This document shows positions 50,640 through 62,018 of a stretch of DNA of 64,000 bases, one piece after another. The position numbers were made by a program, and so were the translations under genes. The notes below the pieces were generated by a model, which had not been told where the DNA came from, searched no databases, and saw only the letters and a list, made by a program, of their open reading frames with translations. How positions within the stretch are numbered: the first letter of the stretch is position 1; every line of letters begins with the position of its first letter. Location of the stretch: NCBI GenBank assembly GCA_000091205.1, contig AP006498.2; one strand, written 5' to 3'. The stretch is from Cyanidioschyzon merolae (taxonomy: Eukaryota).

Positions 50640-51512
50640 AAGCCAGGCTTCGGCACGTGCACGTTGCATGCGTAGCATCAGCGGTGAGCCCGCCCGGTGC
50701 TGGACAATGCCCAGAAGAGGTTGTTGCCGAATCTCGCGTAGCTGAGCGCCCGTAAGGCGCTGGTCCTCACGCGTACACGGAAGCAACAGCAGAATATCAT
50801 GATCAAAAATGGTTTCTTTGCTCTGAATCTTAATGGGAACTTCCACTAGTGCACTTGATCCCGGTTCGTCGTGAGTTGAAACCGGCTCTGCTGATACCTT
50901 GGTGGCGCCTCGTGGCTCCACTGGAACTGGATCGCCTCGAGTGCTTACCAGCACCACGAGGCCAGACTTTTCTGGCGTCAGCGCTGCGGAGAGTGTCCGC
51001 AGAACACTATCAAACGCGTTGTAGAGCTCACTACATACCTCTATGTCGACGAGCTGCGTGAAGAAGGCGATGTACTCGTCGGGGTTCCGGAACGGAAGGT
51101 TCTCCGCCTCCGAGGACCTTTTGCAGGCACCAGCAACTGCGTTAACTGAAGTTAGAGAGTTTGGCCAATTTTTCGGTTCACTGGACAGAATCCGGTCCAA
51201 AGCCGCTCGCATACCGACATTGACGTTTGCAAACGGTGCACCGGTGGTACTGATAAACGCTGTAGGGAGTGTGTTTTGTTCGCGTAAACGATACCAGAAG
51301 AGTGATACAGTGTTGGCCACTGTGTCTGCGGTGTGGCCCGATGCGTTGGAGGGCGTGCGCGCGGGCGTGGCAGCTACAGGACTGTCGCCGAGCGGCATCT
51401 TGCATCTATATGCTTCACCGCGAGCGGCTCTCAAGCGTTCAGTTGGGAATTCCTGGTCCAGTGTGAACGTTCCTTCGAACCAGAAAAATGGTAAGGAAAC
51501 ATTCTCGGTCAT
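47760..51512 (-). CDS. superfamily-1 RNA/DNA helicase, Sen1/Upf1-like (DNA2/NAM7 family, AAA_11/AAA_12)
   Basis: The ATG start was verified. Walker A is LIHGPPGTGKTKTL. Motif II is VVIDEAAQATE. The C-terminal helicase motifs are VDAFQGREKDVIIFSAVR and VALTRAKVSLVVLG. A polyQ run (Q10) is encoded by (CTG)n on the top strand at 50608-50640. The C-terminus is Ala/Ser-rich. Confidence 0.8.
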
Positions 51513-51741
51513 CCGCGGATGCAGGCTGCTACGGGTCCGGCGCTGTGCGGCAGCTGCGCTCGTACCAGCGTCAAATGGAATACCGACCTGCTCGCTCAGT
51601 TCGTGGCTTGCGCATCTCTTCTGAAATATTTGCCGATGTACAGCCTCGATACTACAAGTGCAGATATGTGGGCTTGCCGAATCATGCGTAGATTTCGGTT
51701 TCGTGGTCGTCTAGTCGCAGGAGCTCCCATGCTGCTCTGTC

Positions 51742-52495
51742 GCTGGAATTCGTGACGTCTCCGATACCAAGATCATCATTCGCGACGCCCTCGAGCAGTG
51801 CCGCTTAAACGAACCGATAGCATCATCCACTTCATACCTGCAAGCCTCCACTCGTCTCCTTTTCGTATATGTAGCACGCTAAAAATCGAGCATTCTTCAA
51901 GTTTTCGATGGATCCGTTCCAAGACACCACTCGTGGACGCAGCGAAGCGCGCGGTCGGATTGACGACGAAACCATCAATCGATGTCGTTCCTGGATGACC
52001 TGTTCACCAAATGATGCCAGGAGTTCACTGGGCTTCTCAAGTCAAATGATCGATTCCATCCAGAAGTCTATCCTTATCTTTTTGACGCCAAAGACGAAAC
52101 GGAATGCCACAGCACCGCCACGGTACCTCCCACGGGAGATGCTCTCGGAGGTTCCCGTCTCTTCGGTTTGGACGGGAAACGGTCTTGGATTCGGAGTTGG
52201 GTTATCGCACCGATGAAAGGGACGGTAGACGGATTGAAATTTCTCGACTCGGGCACCAGCCTGGATACTTTGACCGGTACTTGTTTCATCCTGGATAGCA
52301 CTGTGTTCTGCCAATCATCTATTCGGTACGAAAACGCACGCTTTCGTGTGCAGTGGACAGTGCACTCGCCGACGGGATCGTCCAGAAGAAGTCTGTTATC
52401 GTGGGGTACGGCACCGGTTGCGAAAACGGAGGACGGCATCGAGGTGCGCACGCTTTACCCGCCAGGGGCATGTACTACCGAGCGATGAAGCGAGC
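51742..52495 (+). repeat. dispersed repeat family B, copy 2, lying in a 3-kb gene-free region upstream of the helicase gene
   Basis: See 43148-43948. Confidence 0.6.
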
Positions 52496-54578
52496 ATTCT
52501 AGTGCCACGGGGCGGCGCTCAGAGCACCCGCTCTCGTGGACACACGAGAACACCAGACCACAGTCAAGTGTCACTGCTACCAAACGGCGCATCGAGGCTG
52601 CACTCAATGAAGAAGAAAATGGGAAACAAAACGTAGATCGAAATCTGCACGTGTGAATGAAATGCGTAGAAAAGAGCAACACGCAGCGAAAACGGGACGT
52701 TCATACTGCCATCAACATCCTTCGATCGCTGGCAAGGGTGCTGGTGGAAAAAAATGAGCCCGGCATCGCTCACGCCGGAGACCAGATAGATATAAAAAAG
52801 CAGTCGGAAGCAAAGCCCACAAAGTCTGATATTCCTAACGGTTGAAAGATATCGAAAATTTAGAGTGGACGACCAATTTCGTAGAGCCCGTTCCACTGTA
52901 TGCTGATATGGTGTGTGTGCGTGTGTCTGGGACGTGTCCAGATACTCGATGCACCACTAGAGGCGGCAATCGCCAGCCAGCAACTGCGTAACACGCGCAG
53001 AATGAATGAATCTGCGCAACGGCCAGCAGGGCAATTTGTGATGTAGCCGCCAAAATATCCGGGAAACGGATTGTAACGGTTTGGAGTGCTGTGAGTTCTT
53101 TCGAGGCACCGCGTTGCGTAAAAGAAAAAGTCGAGTTCGGGGATCCGTTTCGTTTGACTCTGAAGTTTCAAGCCGGTGATGTGCCGTGCTGCCTACACCG
53201 GTCACTGAGATGAGCATAGTGCTGGTTGGAGCGACTGCCCTATGGAGTTTCGAGTAGGCAATGGAGCGAAGCCTCAATTCAGCGCCCAGTTCCCACACGC
53301 TGGCCATTTCACTGACCCTATTCGAGTTTCTTGAGACACGGGTCAGAATTCAGAGAGAATTGCCTCTGGAGCACAGGGTGGTGGCAACGGATGGGACTTG
53401 TTGCGGCACAGCGCTCCCGAAACAGATCGCAAAACCAGGTGGTTTTCAAACCGACGCAGCAAGAGTGAGAAGCAAAGGTCTTTTGCAGGTACCGCTCGAC
53501 GCCGACCTGGGATGGATGAAACGTATTTTAATGCTTTCATAGTCACGTTGCATGAGATTGGGGAAGCGTACACCTTTCCCCTGACCGAGCGCTGCCGCTC
53601 ATACGAACGCTTGGAACTTTCGGTACCTGGAGATCTTCCAGGAGAAGCTGTCACTGCAATGGAAGGTTGCGAACATGGTCCCTATAATTGGAGAAGGTAT
53701 CTCGTACTCGAGACATATGTGTTTGCACTTGCGCGCCGCGTAGCAACAAGAAGCCGTGCATGCAAGGCCGGCACGTACACACATGAAGCGGGATCAAGCC
53801 GATGCGTGTCGGTCTCAGAGGTTTGGCGTTGATGCTTCATCGTACGTTGCCTGCCCCGATGCCGCACGAGCCCGCGCACAATTGAGCAACGGATCGTGAG
53901 ATGCTCTTGTGCTGCTCGATGGAGCTTGCTATCATCGATGCGCAGGTTTCCTGGAGTGCCTGGTATTGCCTCGATGCCACCGATCGAATAGCGGCTTGCT
54001 CAAAACGATTGGCTGCGTAGGCTGGTAACCAAATGGAACCCAGGGCGCCGCTGACCCGCGTTCGCCACATGCGATGCTCGCCACACCTGGTCACGAATCT
54101 GCAGTCGAATGGTGGTGTGTATGCGCTCGATGCTGGCTGGGGCGGCAACCGTGCCCCACGCCCAGGATGCATCCACCGCCCGAGACGCATCGGTGGGGAT
54201 CATTGCGGGTGCGCAGCGGCCTACCGCGCGATCGACGATCGGGATCTCGTGCCAGCGAGGCACGGGGCTGAAACATGGACGAAGTAGGACCTTGCGGACA
54301 AGGCGGACACGGGGGCGACACGCGTCGCGCGTGCGGTGTTGACGGCGGCGGTTTCCAGCGATGCATGTCGCGTCACAAACGCGCTCGTCTGACGCTGCCT
54401 TGGGCCACAGAATGCGGACTGCGCTGGGGCGTTTCCAACACGCGCTCTGAGGGCACTGTTGAAGCGTTGGTCGGAGTTTCGGGACGCTGACCAGCTACTG
54501 GTTCCGTATTCTGTGTGACGAGGGTCAAGTGCTCGCTCGTTGTCTCTATTGGCGAGTTAGCACGCACGAAACCTGGCC

Positions 54579-56891
54579 ATGAGGGCAGACACGGTCGCAT
54601 TCCTCGTTTGGAGCGGACTTGGTCCAAACTCGAGGCAGCCGCGTGCGTCGTCGTCGAGGTCACTGCTACGTCTGCAAGCAGGTGCCGCTAGCCACGAAAA
54701 CGAGCCGCCTGTTGGTAGTCGCGAGCAGAAGCAGTCGGCTTCTTTGAAGTACGAGGCTGCAAAAGAGTTACCAGCGGGCGCGAATGAAAACGCGTCCCCG
54801 CCCGCGAACCATAAAATCACGCCGACGAACGGGGTATCGCCGAGAATCTCTCTACAAGAGCTCACGGGGCGTACTGGTAGGCTACTGCGATCCCAACGTA
54901 ACGGGAGCGCCGGCGGAGCACCAGCGGCTTGCTGGGACCAGGGCGCCGCCAAGGTGCCGAGTGCACCAGCAGCAGCGGCGTGGCTCGCAAAGCGTCGCGC
55001 CATCTTACAGGAACCTGTCTCGGTTTCCGCGCTGGTCGAAGATGTCATCCCGGGGGGAGTCAGGCACAACGGCACGAATCAGGTCCGAAACCATGCTATG
55101 GACGAGAACGCGGCCTCTCGAGCCAACTGCAGCCAGCATGAAGCCCCGACCGCTGCCGCAGCGTATCGCGAGTCGCTTAGCGGGAGTGTCGTTGTCCAGA
55201 ACTCACCGTTCCGCGAAGTAGTGGTCATCTTTGGAAAGCGTCTCGTGCGTGACCAGATAACCTACGAATACGCTGTGCGTATTCTAACGCTCGTCCGGCA
55301 CATGGTTACAGGACGTATCAAACCTTCAGCAGTATGCTTTACCGGCGGCCGGGATCATCCCGATAGTTTGGTCAGCGAAGCCGTTGCCGGATACCTGTTC
55401 TTTCGCCATGTGTGCGAAGAATTTAGCATCAGCCTCGATTCAGTAGCGATTATCCTAGAGGAACAGCATCTGAACGCGCGAGATTGCATGTCGTCGATAC
55501 TTACCCAACTCGGGGAGCAACTCGTAGGCTCCCATTTTACCTTTGTGAGCAGCGACTACCACTTGATACGTATTCGAGAGGTAGAGGCGGCAGCTCCGAA
55601 CTTGTCGCTTTTGGCACCACTGCGCAAACTGCGCGGCACCGTGTCGTATGCATACACGACGTACCCGTTCGCGCTCTCGAAGAACGCAGCAGTAGCACTT
55701 GCTGGTCGGGCAATCGTCATCGCCGCTGAGCTGGGTATCATGATCGTGGCACTGCGCTCGTACATCGAGGAACGCGGCCTCTTCCAACGCGATGTATTCC
55801 GCCGCTTCCAGGAGGCCACCATCGAACTGGGAAATCTGTGCGAGAAATGCAGTGCAGCCCTGCAGGTACAGATCCCAACAGCGTCATCGACGACGGATGA
55901 TATTGTATTCACTCAAGATATCCGCCTGGTAGGAGAGGTGATCGAAAGTGCTTACTTTGAATTGCGCCAGGTTATCCGTGTGCTGGAGCAGTGGGTTTTG
56001 GAGAAAAGTCCGCTAAGCCGCATGGAGCTACAGAATATTTTGCAACAGATCACAATAGTTGAGCAGAGAATTAGGAGCTCCCTCGATCCAGACCGGCCGC
56101 TAACGGCAATGGAATGGAATCACCTGCCTCTGGTGTTCCTAGCACCAGTCCTTGGACCAGGATTCGAGCAACACAGTTTATCAGGGGATCCTGGAACGCA
56201 ACCTTGGATTCCTACATCACCAGCAGGAGCAACCCCAGCACCAACGACGGCGACGGTGACAAGCTCAGTGCATGGATCCACCATTGCACCCGCAACGGCA
56301 GCGTACGCGACATCACGAACCGAATCGGCGCTCTCGTCTGCACCAGCCGCCAATCGAAACGCAACGACAACGGACTCGTCATGGGAATCCTCGTCGTTCG
56401 TATCGCCTTCGTCGTCGATGACGACGTCCGCGGCGGTGGCAGCGGAACATGCAGCAGCAGCAGCAGCGTGGCATCTTCGGAAACCGTCCGCGTCGCCCCT
56501 GAACGGTGCTGGTGCTCGACTGCGCCACTTTGCGTCGATCGTCGCTGAAGCTTCGCAAGCCATCTTTCACGAAGTGCTTCGACCTGAAAACCACGAGGAA
56601 AAGGCACGACGTATTTCCGAGGAAAATCGACGACGGCGACGACAGGCTGCCGCTGAGTCGGGTCCCGGTCTGTCACCCGCGAAACTGCGTGCGCACCGCG
56701 AGTCCCACGCTGCATCCGGCACTGCGAATAGACGAAGTGCTCGTACGACTGCTGCATCAAGGCCTGCGAACGGGCACGTACCCAACGGAACCAGCGCATA
56801 CCATGAGCCTAAGCCGCCTGCTTCCGGTCGGGAAACGGACGCAGACACAACAACGTCGGACCGTTTCACGGACAAGCGCACGGCAACCTAG
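54579..56891 (+). CDS. DUF218 (YdcF-like) domain protein with a long Ala/Ser/Thr-rich C-terminal tail
   Basis: ATG start. The DUF218 core is VVIFGKRLVRDQ...CFTGGRDHPDSLVSEAVAGYLFF...SVAIILEEQHLNARDCMSSI...HFTFVSSDYHLIRI. The stop codon is TAG. Confidence 0.55.
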   Translation: MRADTVAFLVWSGLGPNSRQPRASSSRSLLRLQAGAASHENEPPVGSREQKQSASLKYEAAKELPAGANENASPPANHKITPTNGVSPRISLQELTGRTGRLLRSQRNGSAGGAPAACWDQGAAKVPSAPAAAAWLAKRRAILQEPVSVSALVEDVIPGGVRHNGTNQVRNHAMDENAASRANCSQHEAPTAAAAYRESLSGSVVVQNSPFREVVVIFGKRLVRDQITYEYAVRILTLVRHMVTGRIKPSAVCFTGGRDHPDSLVSEAVAGYLFFRHVCEEFSISLDSVAIILEEQHLNARDCMSSILTQLGEQLVGSHFTFVSSDYHLIRIREVEAAAPNLSLLAPLRKLRGTVSYAYTTYPFALSKNAAVALAGRAIVIAAELGIMIVALRSYIEERGLFQRDVFRRFQEATIELGNLCEKCSAALQVQIPTASSTTDDIVFTQDIRLVGEVIESAYFELRQVIRVLEQWVLEKSPLSRMELQNILQQITIVEQRIRSSLDPDRPLTAMEWNHLPLVFLAPVLGPGFEQHSLSGDPGTQPWIPTSPAGATPAPTTATVTSSVHGSTIAPATAAYATSRTESALSSAPAANRNATTTDSSWESSSFVSPSSSMTTSAAVAAEHAAAAAAWHLRKPSASPLNGAGARLRHFASIVAEASQAIFHEVLRPENHEEKARRISEENRRRRRQAAAESGPGLSPAKLRAHRESHAASGTANRRSARTTAASRPANGHVPNGTSAYHEPKPPASGRETDADTTTSDRFTDKRTAT

Positions 56892-57001
56892 CGTGCTACC
56901 AAAGGCAAGTCGATAGCCGCCAGCCCCGCCCCTAGTCAGCAGGGCTTTGAACAGCGTGCACAGCGAACCCGCTTTCCCCAATTGTAACGAAAAAGTAGTT
57001 C

Positions 57002-57418
57002 CTAAGCAACTTTTTCCAGTTCACTCGCTTCGAAATGAGCGATAAACTTCTTACTACCCTCGAGCATGACCTGGATAGGTCGAGTCGCTGAGATCGGCAC
57101 CCCCTGGTACTCGTCAACGAACTTGGTTACGACTCCTTCGAGACCACGCACATCATGTGGTTGTCCCTTACTCATCGGCGTGTGGTACATAATCACAGAC
57201 TGCGTCACACGCACCCGGTCACCGACCTTGAAGTCGCCGCGACGTTCAGCGGATAGGCAGAGTCGCGGCGCCCGAGCAGCGGTGCGCCAAAGCTCCGTCC
57301 CTCGTCTACTAACTGGCATCCGTGCAAGCCGGTCTTTGTGCCACAGACAACTTGAGCTTGTCCGATCACGAGTTCGGGGTGCATAAGGTCCCGCTAGAAA
57401 ACAAGCACGCCGCATCAT
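57002..57418 (-). CDS. ferredoxin-thioredoxin reductase variable (alpha) chain, with an N-terminal transit-peptide-like extension
   Basis: The ORF starts with TTG at 57448, and the first ATG is at 57418. The FTRV signature is FKVGDRVRVTQSVIMYHTPMSKGQPHDVRGLEGVVTKFVDEYQGVPISATRPIQVMLEGSKKFIAHFEASELEKV. Confidence 0.65.
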   Translation of the reverse strand: MMRRACFLAGPYAPRTRDRTSSSCLWHKDRLARMPVSRRGTELWRTAARAPRLCLSAERRGDFKVGDRVRVTQSVIMYHTPMSKGQPHDVRGLEGVVTKFVDEYQGVPISATRPIQVMLEGSKKFIAHFEASELEKVA

Positions 57419-57989
57419 GAAGGTCGTTCGTATCCGCACTTGTTTCAAGCGTCTGCCGCCCGGAAGGCGCTAGGTCGGCACTGACGCCGCTCATGGACGG
57501 CGCCCGGCGGAGGCGCACGCGATCCGCGCATCGCTGCGCGTGCTCAGAGAGGGGCGGTTTTGCACCCGCCGCTACGCATCGCTGCGCGACGTCCAGCAGC
57601 GAGCGCCGCGATCTCGCAGGATCGCGGCGTGCGAGCGTTGGCGCCTCGTCTTCGGCGATGCGTTGGAGAAAACGTTTCAGGTGAGCGCGGATCCCAGGCA
57701 GCGGCACGGGTATTGACACGCTGGTACGCGTTCATCAAACTGCATCCGACCTCCGCGTTCGATGACTCATGAATTTTTCGGATGTACTGATCGTTTCATA
57801 TGATCTATCGTGCGCCGAGTGCCTGCCTTGAGCACTCGTCTTGGCGCCTAAACCGCTGGAGCAGATTCATCACGGATGCAGAGCGGGTTTGTCGTACCGC
57901 TGAAGGTGTCGACTCGAGGCGTGGTGCCTCTGACACCGGAATCAGGATTCATTACGATTCTAGGAGCCAGCGTGCTGCGCAGACAGACC

Positions 57990-60826
57990 TACTGCCTGCG
58001 ACAGCGCGAATCGATAGACTAGGATATAACTGGAACATAGGCTACACCCAGACGCAGCATGCTCGCTCCTGGTCATAGGATGAGCTGCGTTTCGGACGAG
58101 TTGTTCAGGTCTCGCTACAGCGGTCGCCAATCTCGAGAGCATAAAGCAGAAGCTTACCAGAGTCGGCCGGCTCGTTGGGCCTTCCTCCAAGAAGATAAAC
58201 TTTCGAAAATAGAGAAAACGTCTCCCCGTTTTACGGTTTAGCATATAGGGGAAAGCAATTGTCATCAAGTCGGTAGTTAACAGGTAGTTTCTGCTTTTTT
58301 TGTATCGCACGGTCGATGAGCGGAACTGCGTATTTAGAAGGCATGAGATACGACGCGCCTCTCGCTGCTGGAAGGAAACGCGATCTTGATACTTCGCTTG
58401 TTGCTCTGACGGACAAGCTGTATGTGCGCTGATGTCGTAGCAAAGTCTAGCTTTTCAGTTCCATTGTGTTTCGACCCCCAAGTCTGTGTACTCAAGTGCT
58501 TTTTCGCGGTTTACCGCAGAATCGTTCGAACAGCGTTCTTTTTCAAAAACATAAAAAAGGAAAGTTCTGGAAATCAAAGTGGAGGATCCTGGGGACGCAG
58601 TATCGCCGGCTGCCAGAAAAACCAAAAAACAGTGCCGAGCAAAGACGAACAAGATAAGACCATGAAGCAAAAAGGGGTGGGGTGGTCCGACGTCAGGATC
58701 TGCGCGAACGACGACACAACGACGAGATGTTCGTGAAAGCGTGTCTTCTTGGCCATATCAAGGATCCGTACAAGCAAAAGTTGCAAGAGTCCACAAGAAA
58801 CCGTGTCGAGTCGCAATCGATGAGTGTTATATAGGCGTCGTCAGGAGAAATGCATTTAGTGAAGGACATAAATCGCGATGTGACGGATATCAAAACAGTC
58901 TAGGCTCCGGAGGATTTTTCAGCGAAAGCTTTATTCGTCACCTGATGGTTTGCACAGGGAAACGTCGAGGAGAAATGAGCATGTGCACGCTCTCCACGAA
59001 AATTACGCCCAATGCCGCTTGAAGGGTGCTCGATACAAGGCTGACTCGCGTATTTACGAACACGGGACGATGAAGCACCTCACGAACCTGGAGAATCGCG
59101 TGATCGTGAAACTCGAACGCTCCATGATACGCTCCATCTTTGCGCTGTACCCGGGCCTGTCTCGCAAAGGGATACGGGCCATCGTCGGTGGCATCACGAT
59201 CGATAGTAGGCATGAGTGGGAGATCGAATTTGTCGAAAAGAAGACATCACGCAGAAGAAAGAATGAAGGTTCTGTAATCCGTGCGGCTATTCAAGAGCAT
59301 CATGCGGTCTTGGGGCTAGTCGACCCAGCAGAAAAGGTATCAGGATCGAAAGAAGATGAAGAAAGATGGGATCACCTCATGCTGCGCTATTTCGTGTTTT
59401 TCGGACCGAGAACTCGAACGCAAGGCCGAAAATGAGCAGGGTGTGGATGCAAATGAAGCGTCGGATACGCGGAAGGCTGAGCTTCTGGAGAAGCGCTTCA
59501 ACGTCGTTCTGTTATGCGAGATCAAGTCACATTTTGTGACAGTCGACTCCAGAGCCCTTGACGGCATCATGCAGGAGATCAGTTCGGGGTTAGGTGTCAG
59601 CACGAACGAGGTTACGGGCGAAAACCGGGAAACTCACTGAAGGAGTATCATCGATTCCAAACTTCTCAAAACGAGCAAGAAAAAGGAATTTACGGGGATG
59701 TTCGAAAGCGATGGGGTATCCATATGTCGACACTATCGGCGCTTGAAGGCAGACCGTCCAGTTCGGCCCTCGGCTTCGTCCTCGGCGAACCATGAAGAAA
59801 ACAAGGAGGCGGATCCTGCGACGCAGGAGGTGGAGGAGAACGACTTTATGGTTGGCGCGGCGAAGCATAAAGATGGGATGGAGGCGGGTCCTTCGCCGCA
59901 GGACATAGAGGATACCGACTTGTCGCTGGCGCAGACCCCGGAAACACAAAGATCATAACCATCGCTGTGTCCACGCGTGCGGAAGATGGTAACGAGGGTA
60001 ACTTATGTCGGAGAGACATGCGTCTGTGGAGGTTCTCGAGAGCAAGAGACTAAAGAGAATCCGGTATAATGAATGCGAGGAAGAACATCGAGATGTGGAA
60101 TGCAGGAATGAAAGAGCACCTGGAAGCTATGAGCCAGGTGACGAGCCGCGGAGCGGACTTGAAATCTTTTCTGAAATCCATGGAGGTTCGCGTTGCTCAT
60201 TGGGAGGCGCTGTGAAAAGAATATACAAAACCCCGGTGGGCTCGTCTGCGTATGAATCTATACAGTGGAAGCAGCGGGCATTCGCGAATTTTTTCAATGA
60301 GTTGAGCGCCTTGAAAGAGGATGAAAGTCAGAGGCTCGTAGTAGCATACGGAGCAGGACGATGGAAGACTCAAAAAGGGACTACGCCAGCTCCAACGACG
60401 AGAATGTATAACGGGTGTGCAAGGAGTTTCGCTACGATACCTGTAGATGGATTCCGAACGTCGTCTACACACCATGAACTGGGCTGTACACTTCAGAGGG
60501 CAGAGGTGGAAAAGTGCCAGCGGAGCCCTGAGGCTATAAAAAAGTACGGACCGCTGACGGAAGAGCAAATGGAAAGGAGGGCGAAACTTCGAGGGCTACT
60601 CGCATGGGTTAGTACAACCAACGGGGCCAAGAAACGCATGGAGTCCGTGAATCGAGCCTCTAATGCCGCCATCAATATCAGACGATGTTCGGTGCTGGAT
60701 ACAGGACCCGCGGGGCTGACGCGATCCAGTTTTGCGGGGCAATCTCTCCGGCTCGAAGTGAACAGGGAGAAACTGATGCCAATAGCAGTGGGCTGGTCGA
60801 AAACGACAGGTATGCGTCTGCGCCTA
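57990..60826 (+). mobile_element. Transposon copy c3: truncated left end, a TnpB/Fanzor-like pseudogene, and the conserved 3' block
   Basis: The left part CTACTGCCTGCGACAGCGCGAATCGATAGACTAGG matches c1 4010-4045. The internal 58195-60590 is about 98 percent identical to c2. The 3' block 60764-60826 is conserved. Confidence 0.65.
58422..60770 (+). pseudogene. TnpB/Fanzor-like RuvC nuclease pseudogene (c3) with frameshifts and stops
   Basis: The same collinear fragments as c2 are present (58950-59435, 59356-59640, 59698-59958, 60005-60943). RuvC-I reads FMVGAAKHKDG. RuvC-III reads VNRASNAAINIRRC, an Asp-to-Ala change at codon 60650-60652. The listed ORF 60005-60943 reads past the conserved block into the flank and is not a real extension. 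Confidence 0.6.
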
Positions 60827-62018
60827 GTTATTCATGTGCCTTACACATTCGTGGTGTATTTTCGTTCCATTGACCATGTACGATGTAAGTTCGCAGCACG
60901 GTGCCTTGTTCGTGGTGTCGCATTCCTGCATGGATCCGAATGACCCCGGATGCACGATTGCAGCCTACAACCCGCGGTAGAGGCACCTCTATCCCCGTAG
61001 CTGCTTCGACGCTGCAGTGAGTGGAATTCAGTTTACTCGTCTGGGCTAGAGAGCTTGATCCAGTGGTCCTGCGAAAGCCGAGCTCACTGCACATGCTCGC
61101 TGAGATGGGGTATGCGTCGGTGCTGTCGCGATCGCTGTCTGGTAGCAGGCGTCCTCCATGGGGCGTTCACGGGTGTCTGAACGACGGGTCGGCACAAATG
61201 GGTAATGGAGGGAAATAGGTCACAGATGAACTTTATGGACAGCGACCACGTATGCAGCACTTTGCTTATGGCGTAACATCGATGAATTCAACGCGAACGC
61301 TTCCCATGGACTGCGAGCACGCACGCGGTGCTGTTGCGCCTTGCTTCCGCGCTGCACGCTCAGCCGGAGAGCGCTCCGTTGCTCGCCAGGCGTCAGCTTG
61401 TCTCTGTGTGTGTGTGTGTGTTGCAGCGATGCCAGCGGGTCTAGCGCCAAACAGGCACGTATGGGACGTTCCTGCCGCATGTCCATCCAGCGAGGCGTGG
61501 TCTTCGATCCGTTAGCGCCTGACCGGATACGAGAACGGGCGAGCGTGCATGCGTCTTGCTGGAATACCTGTCGCCGCTGCAAATACACCATTCCTGTGGA
61601 AAGCGTGCTCAGCCGATATCGCTACGATCAGGCCCCTAGCATGCAACTTGTGGTGGTACGCATGCTCTGGTGTGCGCGGCTCAAGCGTTGTCTTCTGGTC
61701 CCGTTCCCGATGCAAAAAACACCAGATAAAAGGATCGTTGATGCTGCCGCCATCTTGCACATACTGGCATGCCAGATGAACATGTCCCGTATCCGGATAA
61801 CTGCTCCGAGGTCCGCGCAGCACCTTTGAAGCACATACGAAGTTTTGATATGTGCAGCGTCTGCGATGGCGTTTTCTCTGGCCGGCTTCAGGACTCAGTT
61901 CAACTCGCGTGACCTTAGAAACACGCAGCATGTAGACGGCATTCACAAAGCTGCTCAGCGTGGCGGGACGTACATCGCGGCTTGTAGCGCAGCTACCCTT
62001 GGATGCGAGAGAGATCGC

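Noticed and set aside
57500-57640. GC-rich palindromes such as ccgcgatc-tcgcag-gatcgcgg and a repeated GCATCGCTGCGCG motif upstream of the FTR gene
   Set aside because: These are short, generic GC-rich inverted repeats in a 5' UTR or promoter. There is no second copy elsewhere and no sign of anything beyond local secondary structure.
60005-60943. 312-aa ORF in c3 that appears to extend the TnpB-like protein by about 40 aa beyond the c2 stop
   Set aside because: The extension reads through the conserved 3' block into unique flanking DNA (from 60827 on), and its upstream part is frame-shifted relative to c1 and c2. It is an accident of the pseudogene, not a longer isoform.
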